Source: the human T2T-CHM13v2.0 reference genome, Homo sapiens
Length of the DNA stretch: 64,000 bases
NCBI RefSeq assembly: GCF_009914755.1
Contig: NC_060929.1
Reading direction: 5' to 3' (one strand)
A program made the translations under genes and the position numbers. Every line of letters starts with the position of its first letter. Position 1 is the first letter of the stretch. Below are positions 1 to 14,128 of this stretch, one piece after another. Below the pieces are notes generated by a model. It ran no database searches. It had not been told where the DNA came from and saw nothing but the letters and a program-made list of their open reading frames with translations.

Positions 1-270
1 TCTAGTGTTCTATATCACTGTAGGATGACCATAGTTAACATTAATATATATTTTCAAACAGCTAGAAGAAAAAGGATATTGAACATTCCCAACAGAAAGA
101 AATGATCAGTGTTTGAGATACTGGATATGCTAATTACCTTGATCTGATAACTATACGTTGTAAGTACTGAAACATCACTATGTACCCCAAAAATATGTAA
201 ATATGTGGCTATATATATATGTGTGTGTGTGTGTGTAACTATTATGTATCAATTTTTAAGATAAAAATAT
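1..270 (+). mobile_element. L1 3' UTR fragment (L1MA/L1PB-type), cut by the window edge, with an internal (TA)n(TG)n
   Basis: Motifs such as 'tatgctaattaccttgatctgat' and 'aaacatcactatgtacccc' are typical of older L1 3' ends. It resembles the L1 3' end at ~36640-36865. Confidence 0.7.
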
Positions 271-1259
271 TTAAAGGTTTTATTTCAGAGCAGTCACAGA
301 AGCTTTTTCTGCTCCCAACTTAGACCTTGAACTTTAAATCTCATCTTATCATTTTCTTTCTCTAAGTTCTTCAGCACATTTAGAAGCAATGAATCAACTC
401 CACAGTCATTATTCTCTTTGTTTCTGTGAAACGGTTCTAATGCAGCAGATACTTGGTAACTCTGCACATTGCCTCTGTAGCCACTTAGATTATACAGGCA
501 CTAGGGGTGACTATAAGTGAGAATTTAAATAACTGTTGAATCACTGCATGCCATGGATGGCCAGGCTCCCACTTACCCCTGGTAATAGGGTCATTCATGT
601 CTTTAAATCTAGTCAGATAAGAGAACCAGTTTCAAATTTTATTTTTAAAGTTCTATTCCCCGGAAACACTTCTGGCTGGTTCAGTCAGCAGAGCAGTTTC
701 AGAGGGTTATAGGATAATGTAGTTGAGCTCACACAACTGTGAGAGGAGATGGGAAACTGAAGGGCTGTAAGAGGAGTTGGAGGATTAGGGGAGTCACCAG
801 CCAATCAATCCAAGGAGCAGGCACAGCCAGCTAAGAAAAACTCTGAAAGGGTAGTCTGCAAGGAAATCTATGGGATATTGTTGCCTCTGTGCACTTTCCT
901 TCTTTATAGGTTCACAGCCAACATCTGGTAGTGAATCTGACTTTTCTGTTGGTCAACAGGACCAACAGTTGGGAAGAAAAAACGGGTCTGGAGTTCAAGA
1001 GAGCAAAGTCAGGCTGCAGTCTGCCAGGCACATGCTGCATCTGTCTAAAAGAGACTTTCAGGTTAATGGATACTGTTTCAATTTTGCCTTCAGAATCTCA
1101 TGGAAGTCCCTCTTTTGGTCGATTCTCACCTAGAATCACACAGGGAAGGGGGACTCTGGGAAACATAATTGATTTTTTAACTATAGATTGTTAATATGGC
1201 TTTAATTTTTAACTTTTCCCATTTTAGTTTTATAGCAGTTATACCTAAAGTGAAAAATA

Positions 1260-1450
1260 CATGTTCATATGCACTCTCAAAATAACAGCAAACTTTTTTA
1301 GTGCTTAATATATGCTGAGCATTCTGTTGGCCACTATACATATTACATCTCACAGCAACCTTTAAGGTACCGTTAATATCTGTTTTTAGCTGAGGAAACC
1401 GAACCTCAGTGAGACTCAGAATGTTGCCCAAGAACACAATTTAGTTGGAT
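1260..1450 (-). mobile_element. MIR fragment
   Basis: 'ttttagctgaggaaaccgaacctcagtgagactcagaatgttgcccaagaacaca' resembles the MIR core. Confidence 0.6.
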
Positions 1451-1755
1451 CTATAGAGGCTCCCTATTACATAAATACTGTGCATTCAATTATTCTAATT
1501 GCCACCCTTATTTACCAATTTTGAAAATATAAGAAATGCACAGGATTTATATAACCCAATCACAGTCTTTCCTTGTAATCAAAACTATGGAAATAATTTC
1601 TAAATTATCTCGGTTTGATGAACCTTGATGGCTCATCTGATCATTGAACAGGCACTGGAGCTGGAAATACTTTCAGATATTTCCACTGGCTTTCAGTGAT
1701 CTTGAAAGCTAGAAAGAAAAAAGAAAGAGAGAATAAAAGGGGAAAATGTGAATTA

Positions 1756-1826
1756 TTAGGCTGGTGCAAAAGTATTTGCAATTACTTTTAGTGGCAAAAA
1801 CCACAATTACTTTTGCACCAACCTAA
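1756..1826. mobile_element. MADE1 (Hsmar1-derived MITE)
   Basis: Terminal inverted repeats TTAGGCTGGTGCAAAAGTA ... TACTTTTGCACCAACCTAA, preceded by TA. It is 71 bp, slightly shorter than the ~80-bp consensus. Confidence 0.9.
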
Positions 1827-2803
1827 CAACAGATAAACAGTTTTGCCTGATGAAGCTGTATTTAATTCTATTTTTCCAATTCTTATGGTTCAGAAACAAT
1901 TACTATGGATGCAAATCCATCCATGGGAAAATGGTACTGTAATTTTTTTAAATGCTGTAAAGAAAGAGCAAATGATTAGTTGCATGGTAAGAGTTGAGAG
2001 GCCTCAGATACCCACATTCCCACCACACTGCTCTTCCAATATAGTAACTCTTTATATGTGTTTATACCCTACATCACTCTTGAACAAAGGTATTATTGAC
2101 AATAAGGGACTAGAAACCCTAAGCCAGTATTTTTAAAATTATGATCAAGTAACTTATTTTTTTAAGAGTTAACAGGAAAACAATGAAGGAGTTGTTATGT
2201 GATCAGATAAATTTTGAAAATGTTTGAGTTAACAAAACAGAATCTCTCCACCTTCATGATGAGCTTATGAACTATAAACTACCAGAAGAGAATTATAGAG
2301 GATGTCATTTTGGGCAATGGAATCCTTTTTTTTTCACTGAGTATGGTTGGAATTCAGATTTTAAAATGGAGCACCAAGACATTTTTTTAAAGTTTAATTG
2401 GATTATCAACTTTCAATCATAGTTAAGTCCTAATAGACTGGAAGAGACAACAGCAATCATTATTTATTGAGCAAAGGGCTTCATTAGGGTCTTCAGACAT
2501 GACTTATTTGGAAGAGGCCATGTTATAGGGCTGCTCTTTTGTGAAGTATCCTTTAGTGTAAAGGCCCTTAAAACAAAAATGTGAAATACAGCATCAAACA
2601 AAAGATAAGAAGATGAGAGTAGAAATAAATCACTGTAAGGTTTCAAAGGAGAGAAAAATGATACCTTCTAGCAAAAATATGTAAAGGTTTTGTAAAAGGC
2701 TAGGTATCAGCGATGACCCCTGAATGACAATTAGGAGGTAGTCAACAGCCACGGATGGGAAGGAAGGTTCCAGGCAGCAGAGCTGGCATTAGCAGAGACA
2801 CAG

Positions 2804-3050
2804 GTTCTCACTTATAACTGAGGGCTAAGAAATGCCCACACATGGATATAAAGATGGAAACAACAGACACTGGAGGCTTTATAAGGGGGGAGAAAAGAAG
2901 GGGGCCAAGGGCTGAAAAACCACCTATCGATACTACGTTCACTGTTTGGGTAATGGGTTCACTAGAAGCCCAGACCCCACCATTACGCAATATACTCAGG
3001 TAATAAACTTGCACCTTTACCCCCTGAATCTGTACTTTAAAAAGTAAAAG
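2804..3050 (+). mobile_element. 5'-truncated L1 3' UTR (L1PB/old L1PA-type)
   Basis: Runs from 'gttctcacttataa...acagacactggagg...gaaaaaccacctatcg...aacttgcacctttaccccctgaatc' into an A-rich end. Confidence 0.75.
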
Positions 3051-4967
3051 CTTGATTTCCTGATTTTCAGTCATTTAGGCTACCTACAGGGATAGCAATG
3101 AGAAATAAGAATTGATGGTTTTGGGGTAAAGGCAGACAAAGGATGGTGGGAGAAGATGGAGAGGCTGAGACGAAACTTGTAAGTAGAACGAGACAGTATC
3201 GAAGCCTCGGGCAACTAGGGAATGACAGAAGTATTGAAAGGAAGGATGCCTAAGGAAAACTGAAGGCTCATACCACCTACCTCATGCTTTGGCTAAGGAA
3301 AAAGCCTAATCAAATATATTTGGATCTAGGTTCTGTGTCTCTACTTGCCAATATAGAGAGCCAAAGACAAGTAAATTTCTTCTTGAAGGTGTGTGTTATT
3401 CCCCAAAGAATCTTTTAGGAAGAGCAAGCAGCCTGAGAAATATTTGTTCATTAGATATATTCTGGCAGCAACCAGGAAAATCCAGAAAGTACCAAGCACA
3501 TGCACATACACATAATATACTTGACTCTTGAAACACTTTTGGTTTCACTGTTTTGTTATTAACTGTCATTATGAAGTACCTATTTCTTTATCTAGTAAAT
3601 GCATTTATAAAACCATCCAAACCTATTTTAATATTGTAAAACAGTGATAGAGTTCTGGTCCAAAACATTCTTAGAGAAAATGTTAACTGCTTAATTCAGT
3701 TTTACAACTATAAGTAGGGCAGATATTTTTTAATACAGCCCCTCATGTTTATTGCTGTGAAGAAGATAAGTACTCTCCAGTGTCCTGCTTGATTCAAGAA
3801 CACCCCGGCTGCTGACTCTTGTAAGGCATATGGCACTCTTCTGAGATCTAGTGCTGATACATTCCACATGTAACCCCACTGCCCCTGGAAGAGAAACTTT
3901 CCTGCTGAGTCAGAGGGGTTTATAGAGATGTGAAATTAACAGACAACCTATGTCTTTTAGAAGCTGCTAATATATCTATCCTTTGCCGTCTCACAAGTGG
4001 GGAAGTTTCTCCTCCCTCCAGATGGAAATCCATACTTTCCCAGTGAGAAGTATGGGTCACCTAAAGCAGAGTGCCTTGTAAAGAGAGAACATATCTCCAT
4101 TAAAGTCATCACGACTTGCTGGCTGGCTACAACTGCCCACAGCCTCACTCCCACCACCTTGGCTCTCTTAACAGCAGATGGGTTCACTTAGAAGAGCGTG
4201 TCATCCAAACCCAGCAGCCATGTTTTTTTGGGGTTCCAAATGTGCCGTGTGAACACCAAAGCACATTGTTAAGAGCATATACAGCTAGGAACAGAGTCAA
4301 GGGGACCTAAGATAGTGAATGGGTCAAGGTGGTAGACTGGGGCACTAAATTACTGTAGCAAACTATAGAGCAAATTCTTGCCATTTCCCTCCCCAGAACA
4401 AAGCTAACAACCTAAACCTGGTTAGGTTGCACAAGAGTTGAGGCTCTGGAACATGAGAAGAAGCATAATCCTGAGTATCACATGTGAGGCTGTGGAGGCA
4501 GGGCCTAGTCAGCTGTGTTAGCTTAGCAATGTTCGAAGAGAAAAATCAAGCACTGTCTCCCTATACGTGACTGTTTCCTGTGCTCCGCATTGCGGGTTGT
4601 AACACAGATTCTGGCAGCCTTTATTCAAACAATAGTTTCCCTTAAATTGTTATTTCTGACTCTGAATGAAGAGATATTACGTGCTACACATATCTAATTC
4701 TGTCACCCTATTAATTGTAATGAGTATAGCCCCATCTGTTTCGGTCAAGCACCCTCCATGTACATGTGTGTGAGAAAGGTAGGGCAGTGTGCTGCTTTGT
4801 TTCTTTGTCCCTGTGCATTGATGTATCATCTCGAGAGCAGTGGCTGCGTGCAGCTGAGAGACTTGGTTTCAGATGCAGTCAGAGCATCCTCAGGCACATT
4901 AATAATGGAGGAGTCTGACAAGAGCAGCTTTGCCTGTCTTTGTTTTCCACTGTAGGTGAAGGGAGAC

Positions 4968-5132
4968 ATGGATCTCTCTGTTTTGCCAAATAACAACCAT
5001 CCTGACAAATTCCTGCAGCTTGACGTAAAGTCTTTAACGAGGAGCTCAGCCCTCCTTCAGGCCAGCCTGGTGAGGTTTCCGGGTGGAAATTATCCTGCTG
5101 CACAACACTGGCAAAACCTTGTCTACTCACAG
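4968..5132 (+). CDS. MINAR2: MINAR2 coding exon 1 (aa 1-55, MDLSVLPNNNHPDKFLQLDV...WQNLVYSQ)
   Basis: ATG at 4968 in a good Kozak context (GACATGG) with an in-frame TAG upstream at 4953-4955. Donor CAG|GTAAGA at 5132/5133; 165 nt, phase 0. Protein recognised from memory as MINAR2/KIAA1024L. Confidence 0.93.
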
Positions 5133-6360
5133 GTAAGATCTAGGGGCACAAAAATACGGGGATGGAGGCTTGTTTCTTTCTCGCTATCTGCCATTTCACC
5201 ATTTATGCAACAAGAAGCCTATAGGAACAGAGTACAAGGTAGCTGCTCTGTCTTCCAACTTAGTCTTTCTCTCTTCCTTAACATTAGGAACTTTTCTTTA
5301 ATTTATTCATAAAATACATGGATTCTCTCATTCATTAATTCCCCTCCTAGCATTAGCTTCTCTGCCTATCCTCATTTTAGATTTCAGGTGGCCCTCATTT
5401 ACTCCTTCCCTTCAAAAATTTTCAAACTAATTGTTATATGCACAAATAAGACTTTGGGGGAAAAACTCCCGTCCCTATCTTTTGGTGTAATCTAAGCATA
5501 AAGCATCAGAAGTTTACATTGTGGGCATAAACAAGCCTCTAAAACAGCTGGAGATCTTGCTTCTGCCTCCCTTAGACTAGCTCCCTTTCATAGCATACAC
5601 AGAAGACTTAGAAAACAGAACAATGGAAACCTAATTATTGAAGGGAAAAAATACAGCGAACTCGCCACTTGAAAAAGTGCTAGCTATTACTGTAGATACT
5701 CTTATTTTCCACAGGTGTCCATGTGGACAAGGAATACCAATTAGACCTTCAAACCCAGTGCAGGTTTTATTTCTCTTTTCTTTTGCATTTTCCTTCTTTT
5801 TGCTGACCAAAAGAGAAGAATAAAACTGTGATGAGTTCCATCAGCTGGAGTAAACATAAAGGCCCTAACTGTTGCACAGCTAATGAAACAGAAATAATCT
5901 TTGCTTTAAGACATGAAGGCTAATGGGGTTAAGAGTTAGTCAATTTAGAAACAGGAAGAAGCATTTCATTACAGAACAGATGTGACTGACCTACAAACCC
6001 CTGCAAGTCATTAAATCCTTTGGAGTGGTTCAAATTCCCTGAACAGAAATTTGTTTTCTTTTAAGAACAGTTGCTACTCATGAGTCCTGGTGTAAAGTGA
6101 CTCCTTTGTGGTAAGTTTGTGGGCTCCTTGGGACCTTTATCATGAGATCATTCAAAATCAAGTACACTCAAATGATTATGTAAGTGTTTCCTCCACCTAT
6201 AAGGATTTTAATTTATTTCCATTGTAAGGCAGCCTATTATGACAACTGGCATTTTTTGAATTTTGCATCAATCACTTTGGTAATCCTCAAACCCTTCTGC
6301 CATTTCATACCCAGCCATCTTGTTGTTGTTGTATTTGTAGGCGTTCTTTTTTTAAGTTTT

Positions 6361-6383
6361 AAATGAAATGAAATGAAATGAAA
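6361..6383 (+). repeat. (AAATG)n short tandem repeat
   Basis: aaatgaaatgaaatgaaatgaaa seen directly. Confidence 0.8.
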
Positions 6384-7987
6384 TTGCTCCTTTTTCCTCC
6401 TTATTGTTTATATCACAGAATAAAATGATTCAAAAATCAGTTCAGAAAACTTGGCCCTTCTATGCTATGCAGTTTAGTCTAAGAAAACATATCCAATAAA
6501 TTCCTTTGAGGTTGGAACACATTGATCTAACATCTTTTGTTTGGTACTGAAGTTGACCTATTTCCTTCATGTGGAACTTCACAGTTTAAAACTCTGTTGA
6601 ATGTTGTTCCTAAACCTAAATGAAATGCAAATTTTTAAAAGGCAACTTTTTCTACAGGCCCCATTGGGTGGAAATAGTTATTCAAAGAAAAACCAAAGAG
6701 GTAAACTTCTGCTTCATAGGTCTTTGAATATGTGTTGTTAATCATTATAAACTTCAAATAAACTTGATTTAGGTATCCTTTTAGCCTAAGAAGAAATGTT
6801 AAATGACCTAGTGAAGGCCAGTGTACTAATTGGCCAATTATTAATGCATGGAGTGGAGAGGCAGGACATCAAGTACAAATTCAGGTAATCAGGTAGATGT
6901 GGCACAAAGTATGAGTAACAACAACAATATTCACCACTTCACTGTGCAATGCATCATTAACTAATTCTCTTTTGGGGATAGATCTTAAAATCCATGATTG
7001 ATATATTCATTGGATAAAACAATAAATGTCATAGAAATGGCCATATAGAAGTTTTAAATATTTGCCATGATACCACGATAGCATGCCATGAAAGAAGACA
7101 CTGAATATGCAGGTACACTGAGGTGTTGGGCACACATAAGGTGGTGGCTACCAAATAGTTCTTAATTTAAAGCTCACACTCCATTGGGGAGTCAGTAAGT
7201 CAATGGGAAGAACATGGAATAAAGAAGTTAGAAACTTGGTTTCTTATCTCAAATTCACAATAAACCAGTTTTAGAGACATCTGTCATGACCCTTAATTCA
7301 TGCCTCAGTATTTCCACTTGCAGTATTAGGATAATATTTATTTTCCATATTTCCTTAAAAGTGAGAGCAAATGAAACATGAAGTAAAAGCAACTGAGAGC
7401 CAGATTTTCCTATAAAAGATCAAGAATATGTATGGAAGTATGTACATATGTATTGTTATTTATACCAGTATTTCAAAATGTATTGAAGTTATCCTTTCAT
7501 TAGAATTTATTAGCAGATAATTCCATTTCCATTATTTTATAAATATTGTGGATGAAGGGGTGAGTGTATATGTGTGCACGCATGCACGTGTGTGCACATG
7601 GTGGTTGAGGGGATGTACTCAATAAATACGTCAACCTGCGTGACTAAACCAAGCAGTAGATATAATACCACATGAAATCTACACAAACTCCAGAGTTGTG
7701 TCAACTGATCCTTTCATCCCACACCACACAAGTGCATGGTGTTTAGGATATAGACTACCTTACCGAATGGCAAAGCACTTAACCTGCAGTCATTACCTTC
7801 AAACTCGGGGTAACTCAGCAGTTAAAACAGAGATTCCCTAGATTTGAAATGTCACATTGAATTCTTAAATATTGGTATCATTTTATTATCAATGACTTAT
7901 CATCTAACTTTTAAAATTCACTTTCCATTTGCAGAGGAAACTCTCCTGGTCATTTTTATATGAGCTAAAGCAATACCATTCAATCTA

Positions 7988-8283
<296 letters not shown>

Positions 8284-8660
8284 TCAATCTAGGAAAATAA
8301 GCAGTGATGGTCTCAGTTGATTCAGTAACCAGGGACATTGTAGTTCCCATCTATGCAGATACTCAGGTCTCCCATATTTGCAGAGAGTATACACAGATAT
8401 TATTTGATTCTATTATATTTATACTTCTCCTTAAATTCTTTCACCAGAGAAATAAAGAAGCTTCACAACAAATTTTATGTCAGTGTAATGAAGAAACATT
8501 CACCAAAATCTAATGTTTCTACCTGTTAGATTAATTTTGGGGATGTTTCTGATGAAGGCATTTAGAAATGTATTCCAAATATTTCTGCCAACCCCTTTAT
8601 AAAACAAGTAATGAAAAAAGGCTGATTTTTTTAAACAAATGTGATAAAATAATGTGTTTT

Positions 8661-9525
8661 TCAAACAACCCCATCAAAAAGTGGGCAAAGGATATGAACA
8701 GACACTTCTCAAAAGAAGACATTTATGCAGCCAACAAACGTGAAAAAAAGCTCATCATCACTGGTCATTAGAGAAATGCAAATCAAAACCACAATGAGAT
8801 ACCATCTCATGCCAGTTAGAATGGTGTTCATTAAAAAGTCAGGAAGCAACAGATGCTGACGAGGATGTCTAGAAATAGGAACGCTTTTACACTGTTGGTG
8901 GGAATGTAAACTAGTTCAACCATTGTGGAAGACAGTGTGGCCATTTCTCAAGGATCTGGAACTAGAAATACCATTTGACCCAGCAATCCCATTACTGGGT
9001 ATATACCCAAAGGATTATAAATCATTCTACTATAAAGACACATACACATGTATGTTTGTTGAGTCACTGTTCACAACAGCAAAGACTTGGAACCAACCCA
9101 AATGTCCATCAATGTTAGAGTGGATAAAGAAAATGTGGCACACATACACCATGGAATACTATGCAGCCATAGAAAAGGATGAGTTCATGTCCTTTGCAGG
9201 GACATGGATGAAGCTGGAAACCATCATTCTCAGCAAACTATCACAAGAACAGAAAACCAAACACGGCATGTTCTCACTCATAATAGGAAGCTGAACAATG
9301 AGAACATGTGGACGCAGGGAGGGGAACATCACACATCAGGACCTGTCCGGGGTTTAATGGCAAGGGGAGGGATAGCATTAGGACAAATACCTAATGCATG
9401 CAGGGCTTAAAACCTAGATGATGGGTTGATGGGTGCAGCAAACCACCTTGGCACAGGTATAACTATGTAACAAACCTGCATGTTCTGTACATGTATCCCA
9501 GAACTTAAAGTATAATTTAAAAAAA
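8661..9525 (+). mobile_element. 5'-truncated L1PA (ORF2 C-terminus plus 3' UTR)
   Basis: ORF 8923-9294 (LEIPFDPAIPLLGIYPKDYKS...WMKLETIILSKL) is the L1 ORF2p C-terminus. The 3' UTR ends 'gaacttaaagtataat' followed by A-rich sequence. Confidence 0.95.
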
Positions 9526-9979
9526 TTCAAATGGCAAGAAAGAAAAATGTGTGTCTTTTTTTTTTTTCCATTTATTGTGGTGGGCCTTAATTTTCTAATT
9601 AGCAGTTGCACGTCAGAATATTTTCAGACTAACTCCTTTGTTATATCTTTTCCTGGCTTCTGTCACATCAGTTTCAGAATCAAGGAGCATTCCAGACTAA
9701 ACCCGTGAGATGGAGGGAAAGGCTAAGGGCGAGAGGCTGCTCTTCCATTGATTTCTAGACAATGTCATTTACTGAATTTATTTCCTAATCACCTTTCTGC
9801 ACTCTTTTTCAATTCAGTCACACTCTTTTTTCCCATAAATTTCAATGTCTTTCCTTTTTATCATGGGTTTTTTTTTGTGTATAATTGTATTTCTTCTGTC
9901 TCTGAACACACGTCATGCCTTCCTAAGACTGTCTCTATTTTCAATCTTCCATTTATTGTTTTGAAAAAAACAGTGCTGG

Positions 9980-10657
<678 letters not shown>

Positions 10658-13108
10658 TCATTTCTCCTTTCTAAGCTTATATTGGATGACAATGTGGTAC
10701 TTTGCAGGTGCTTATATTATCTACGAAGTAGATTGATAGCATCATCAAGTTCTTCAGGGTACCAAGTTGTACTAAATTTATAGGATTAGGGAATTGGCCA
10801 CGGATGGTATATTTCCAAAAAGAACACCCAAATTGCTCCTCCAAACTGTTCTTAGTTGAGACCCAAATGTCTCTGGCATGAAAGCCTATATTAAAGGTAC
10901 CTTGTATGTTATAATACCACCTGTGAGCACAAAGAGCCCTGGTTATCTGCAGGGAAAGGCAGGACATAAGGTTTCAGAGAAGCCTGAATCACACCATGGA
11001 GGGTCCATGGGCTTTGTCTAAGATTTTGAATTTTACCCTGAAAATTTTGAAGAATCAGTGAAAAATTTAAGCAGAAGAATGACACAATCAAATATGTGCT
11101 TTAGAAAGCTTTCCATTCTAGCAATTTAAAACAAAAATTTTGTGTTCACAAAAGAGCTGATTTTCTGAGAAAGTGTATGTGCTGACATATGAAATACATG
11201 CAAAATGCCTTCTTTTCACTAAGATTATGATAAGGATTACACTGAATGCATAGATCAAAATGGAGAAAACAGAAATCTTTATATGACCTTGATTCTCTCA
11301 ATCCATGACCATGATGTATCGTTTTATTTTTTCAGTTCTTCATATGGCCTTCGATAATATCTTGTAATTCTCCACACAAAACTATTCCATATAATTTGTT
11401 AGGTTTACATCTAAATACTTACATTATTTTTCTCTTGGTAATAGTACCTTTTAAGTCATGTTTTATAATAGAGCATTACTCATGCATACTATTGATCATT
11501 ATATACTGATTTTGAATCCAGAAAGTGTGTTAACATCTATTTTGCCCATAAACATCCCTGTAGATAATCATGTCATCTGCTATTTGTTTATTTATAACCC
11601 TATTTCTTTTATTTACTTATGTTTCTATTCTTTTTGCATTGCTTTGAGCTTCCACTGCAAAATTATATGGACATTGTGATTACTAGCATCCTTTTATTAA
11701 TTCTGAAACTAAAATAAGTGTTTCTAATATTAAACCATTAAGTAAACTGTGTTCTGTAAGTTTGGGGCCCATTCCCTTAATTAGCTTAAGAAAATTTTCT
11801 ACTAGTTCTAGTTCACTAAGAGTGTTTGCTTTAAATATGTTTGAATATTTTGAAAGTCTTTTTCTGACCTATTGCAAAATTTAATGTTTTTTTCCTGTTA
11901 ATGTGGTAAATTTCATTAATATTCTAATATTAAACCATCCTGTTGGTATAACATCTTTCCCTGGTAAAAATCTGTTTTATCTTGTTACATATAATTTGTA
12001 CATATTGTAGGATTCTGTTCAGCAATATTGCATTTATAATTTTACATTTATGTGTATAAGAGAAATTGGCTTATACTTTTCTTTTACTGACTGCCCTCAT
12101 CTGAAGTTTATACTAACTTCAAAAGTGAGCTGGGGATTGTTCCTTTTCCTATTTTCTGGAAGAATTTGACTAATAAATTATATATTTTGAGAATGGTAGA
12201 AGTTGACTGCAAAACCCTCTGACATGCTGTTCTTAAATGTGTGTGTTTGGAGGAGGTTTAAAACTATTGATTCGACTAGTCAAATTATCACAGGTTTGTT
12301 AATTTTTTTTTTAGTTTTTCTTAAATAAGTTTGGTAAGTTATATTATGTAAGAAATTGTCCGACTGCACATAAATGTTTTAAGTCGCTCAGATTATTTTC
12401 TGATTGTTTCTTAATTTCTGCTGTGTCTCTTGTCAAGTCCCCTTTACATTCCTAACTGGGTGCATTTGTGTCTCTATTATTTTTCTTGAGCAGTATTGCC
12501 AGAGATATTTCAAATGTGTTTTTCCAATGAAATAGCTTTCAACTTTGTTTATCTTCTCCATTGTATATATTTATTCCCTTTAATATGTGTTGATTCTGTC
12601 TTTACATTTATGATTTTATTTTGACTGTTTTATTATATTTATTCAATGGCTTTATTTTTAAGACTTTGAATTCAATGCTTAATACCTTATTAATTTTCTC
12701 ATTCTGCTTTATAATGCAAGTATATATGCCCATAATATTCTCTCAAAATACCATTTCAGATCCAGCCAACAATTTTGTAATGTAGCATTTCTCACTTTCA
12801 TTCTGTCCTAAATTTTAAAATGTTTATTATTATTTCTTTGAAATGTATTTTTAAATGTCAGCAGAATGTTTTATTTTATGTTGTTGATAATGATTTCTAG
12901 ATTTATAACTAAGTTGTCAATGGTCGAAAAGCATGGTCCAAGTGATTTTGAGTCTTTGAAATTTGTTTTGGAATTTAACATGCTATCAATTTTATAAAAT
13001 TTTCAGTATATATTTTTAAAATAAGTATTTTCAATTGTTTAATAAAGACATCCATATATGTCACTTGAACAAACTTTTGATTTTATGGTTCACATCTTCT
13101 TTATTCTT

Positions 13109-13410
13109 TTTTTTTTCCATAAGTTATTGAGGTACAGGTGGTATTTGGTTACATAAGTAAGTTCTTTAGTGGTGATTTATGAGATTTTGGTGCACCCATC
13201 ACCCAAGCAGTATACACTGCACCATATTTGTACTCTTCTATCCTTCACCTCCTCCCACTCTTCCCTCCAAGTCCTGAAAGTCCATTGCATCATTCTTATG
13301 CCTTTGTGTCCTCATAGCCTAGCTCCCACATATCAGTGAGAACATACGATGTTTGGTTTTCCATTCCTGAGTTACTTCACTTAGAATAATAGTCTCCAAT
13401 CTCACCCAGG
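13109..13410 (-). mobile_element. L1PB-type 3' end, 5'-truncated, antisense
   Basis: 'ttccataagttattgaggtacaggtggtatttggttacat...' with a perfect TSD TTCTTTATTCTT at 13097-13108 and 13411-13422. Confidence 0.9.
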
Positions 13411-13711
13411 TTCTTTATTCTTAATGATTATTTTGCATGCTTGAGAAAAATTACATGTATAAATTTCTCTGTGTAATTATTTTAAGTTTTGTTTTATAAA
13501 TGTTGAGACTATTTTATTAGATGCATACAAGTTTAGAATGACAATATTTTACTAATGTTAACTAACTTTATTCATTTTCTAGAAACATTCTTTATATCTA
13601 GCAAAGCTTTTGACCGTGTCTATTTTGTCTCCAAGGATCTTGCCAGGAATTTTACTGGTCAAGCTTGAGTTTCATTAGGTTTGCTGAGTGTCTAGTAAGG
13701 CTTTCCACAGT

Positions 13712-13860
13712 AAAAAAAAAAAAAAAAAAAAAAAACACACACACACAAACATATATGTATATACACACATATATACACATATGTGTGTATATTTATATAT
13801 AATGGTATATGAATATATTATATATGCCATATGTATCACCTAATATATATATATATATAT
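13712..13860. repeat. Compound (A)n(CA)n(TA)n microsatellite
   Basis: Seen directly. Confidence 0.9.
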
Positions 13861-13959
13861 CTCATCACATATGTATAATCATCTTCTGCTATATAGAGCA
13901 CATTCACAAGAGTCCTGAGATGTGTGTAGTGTCACAAAAAAAGAAAGTGAGCCAAAATC

Positions 13960-14128
13960 TTGTGAAAGATTTCAAGGGCCAGGCTTGGAAGTGGTCTTTC
14001 ATCCACAAGTCAATGGACATAAAACATGTGGCCCCAATATAAAATCAGAAACAGACTGGGAAAGGCAGATATCCTCTGTGCTTAGGAAGTGGAAACAAAA
14101 TTAGCGAGCATTTAGTCAGTCACAACAC
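13960..14128 (-). mobile_element. Probable MLT1 (MaLR LTR) fragment
   Basis: 'aggcttggaagtgg...catgtggcccc...actgggaaaggcag...ttaggaagtggaaac...gagcatttagtcagtcacaacac' resembles the end of an old MLT1 LTR. Confidence 0.45.

Noticed and set aside
4956-5312. 118-aa ORF as a single-exon gene
   Set aside because: It is MINAR2 exon 1 reading into intron 1 past the GTAAGA donor at 5133, and the GTG start is an ORF-caller artefact.
8923-9294. 123-aa ORF similar to the one at 53629-53952, suggesting a duplicated gene
   Set aside because: Both are L1 ORF2 C-termini from independent L1PA copies.
13631-13735. Short unique-looking segment followed by a 24-nt poly(A), a possible small retrocopy
   Set aside because: No poly(A) signal, TSD or recognisable parent RNA. 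The A-run is part of a compound microsatellite.
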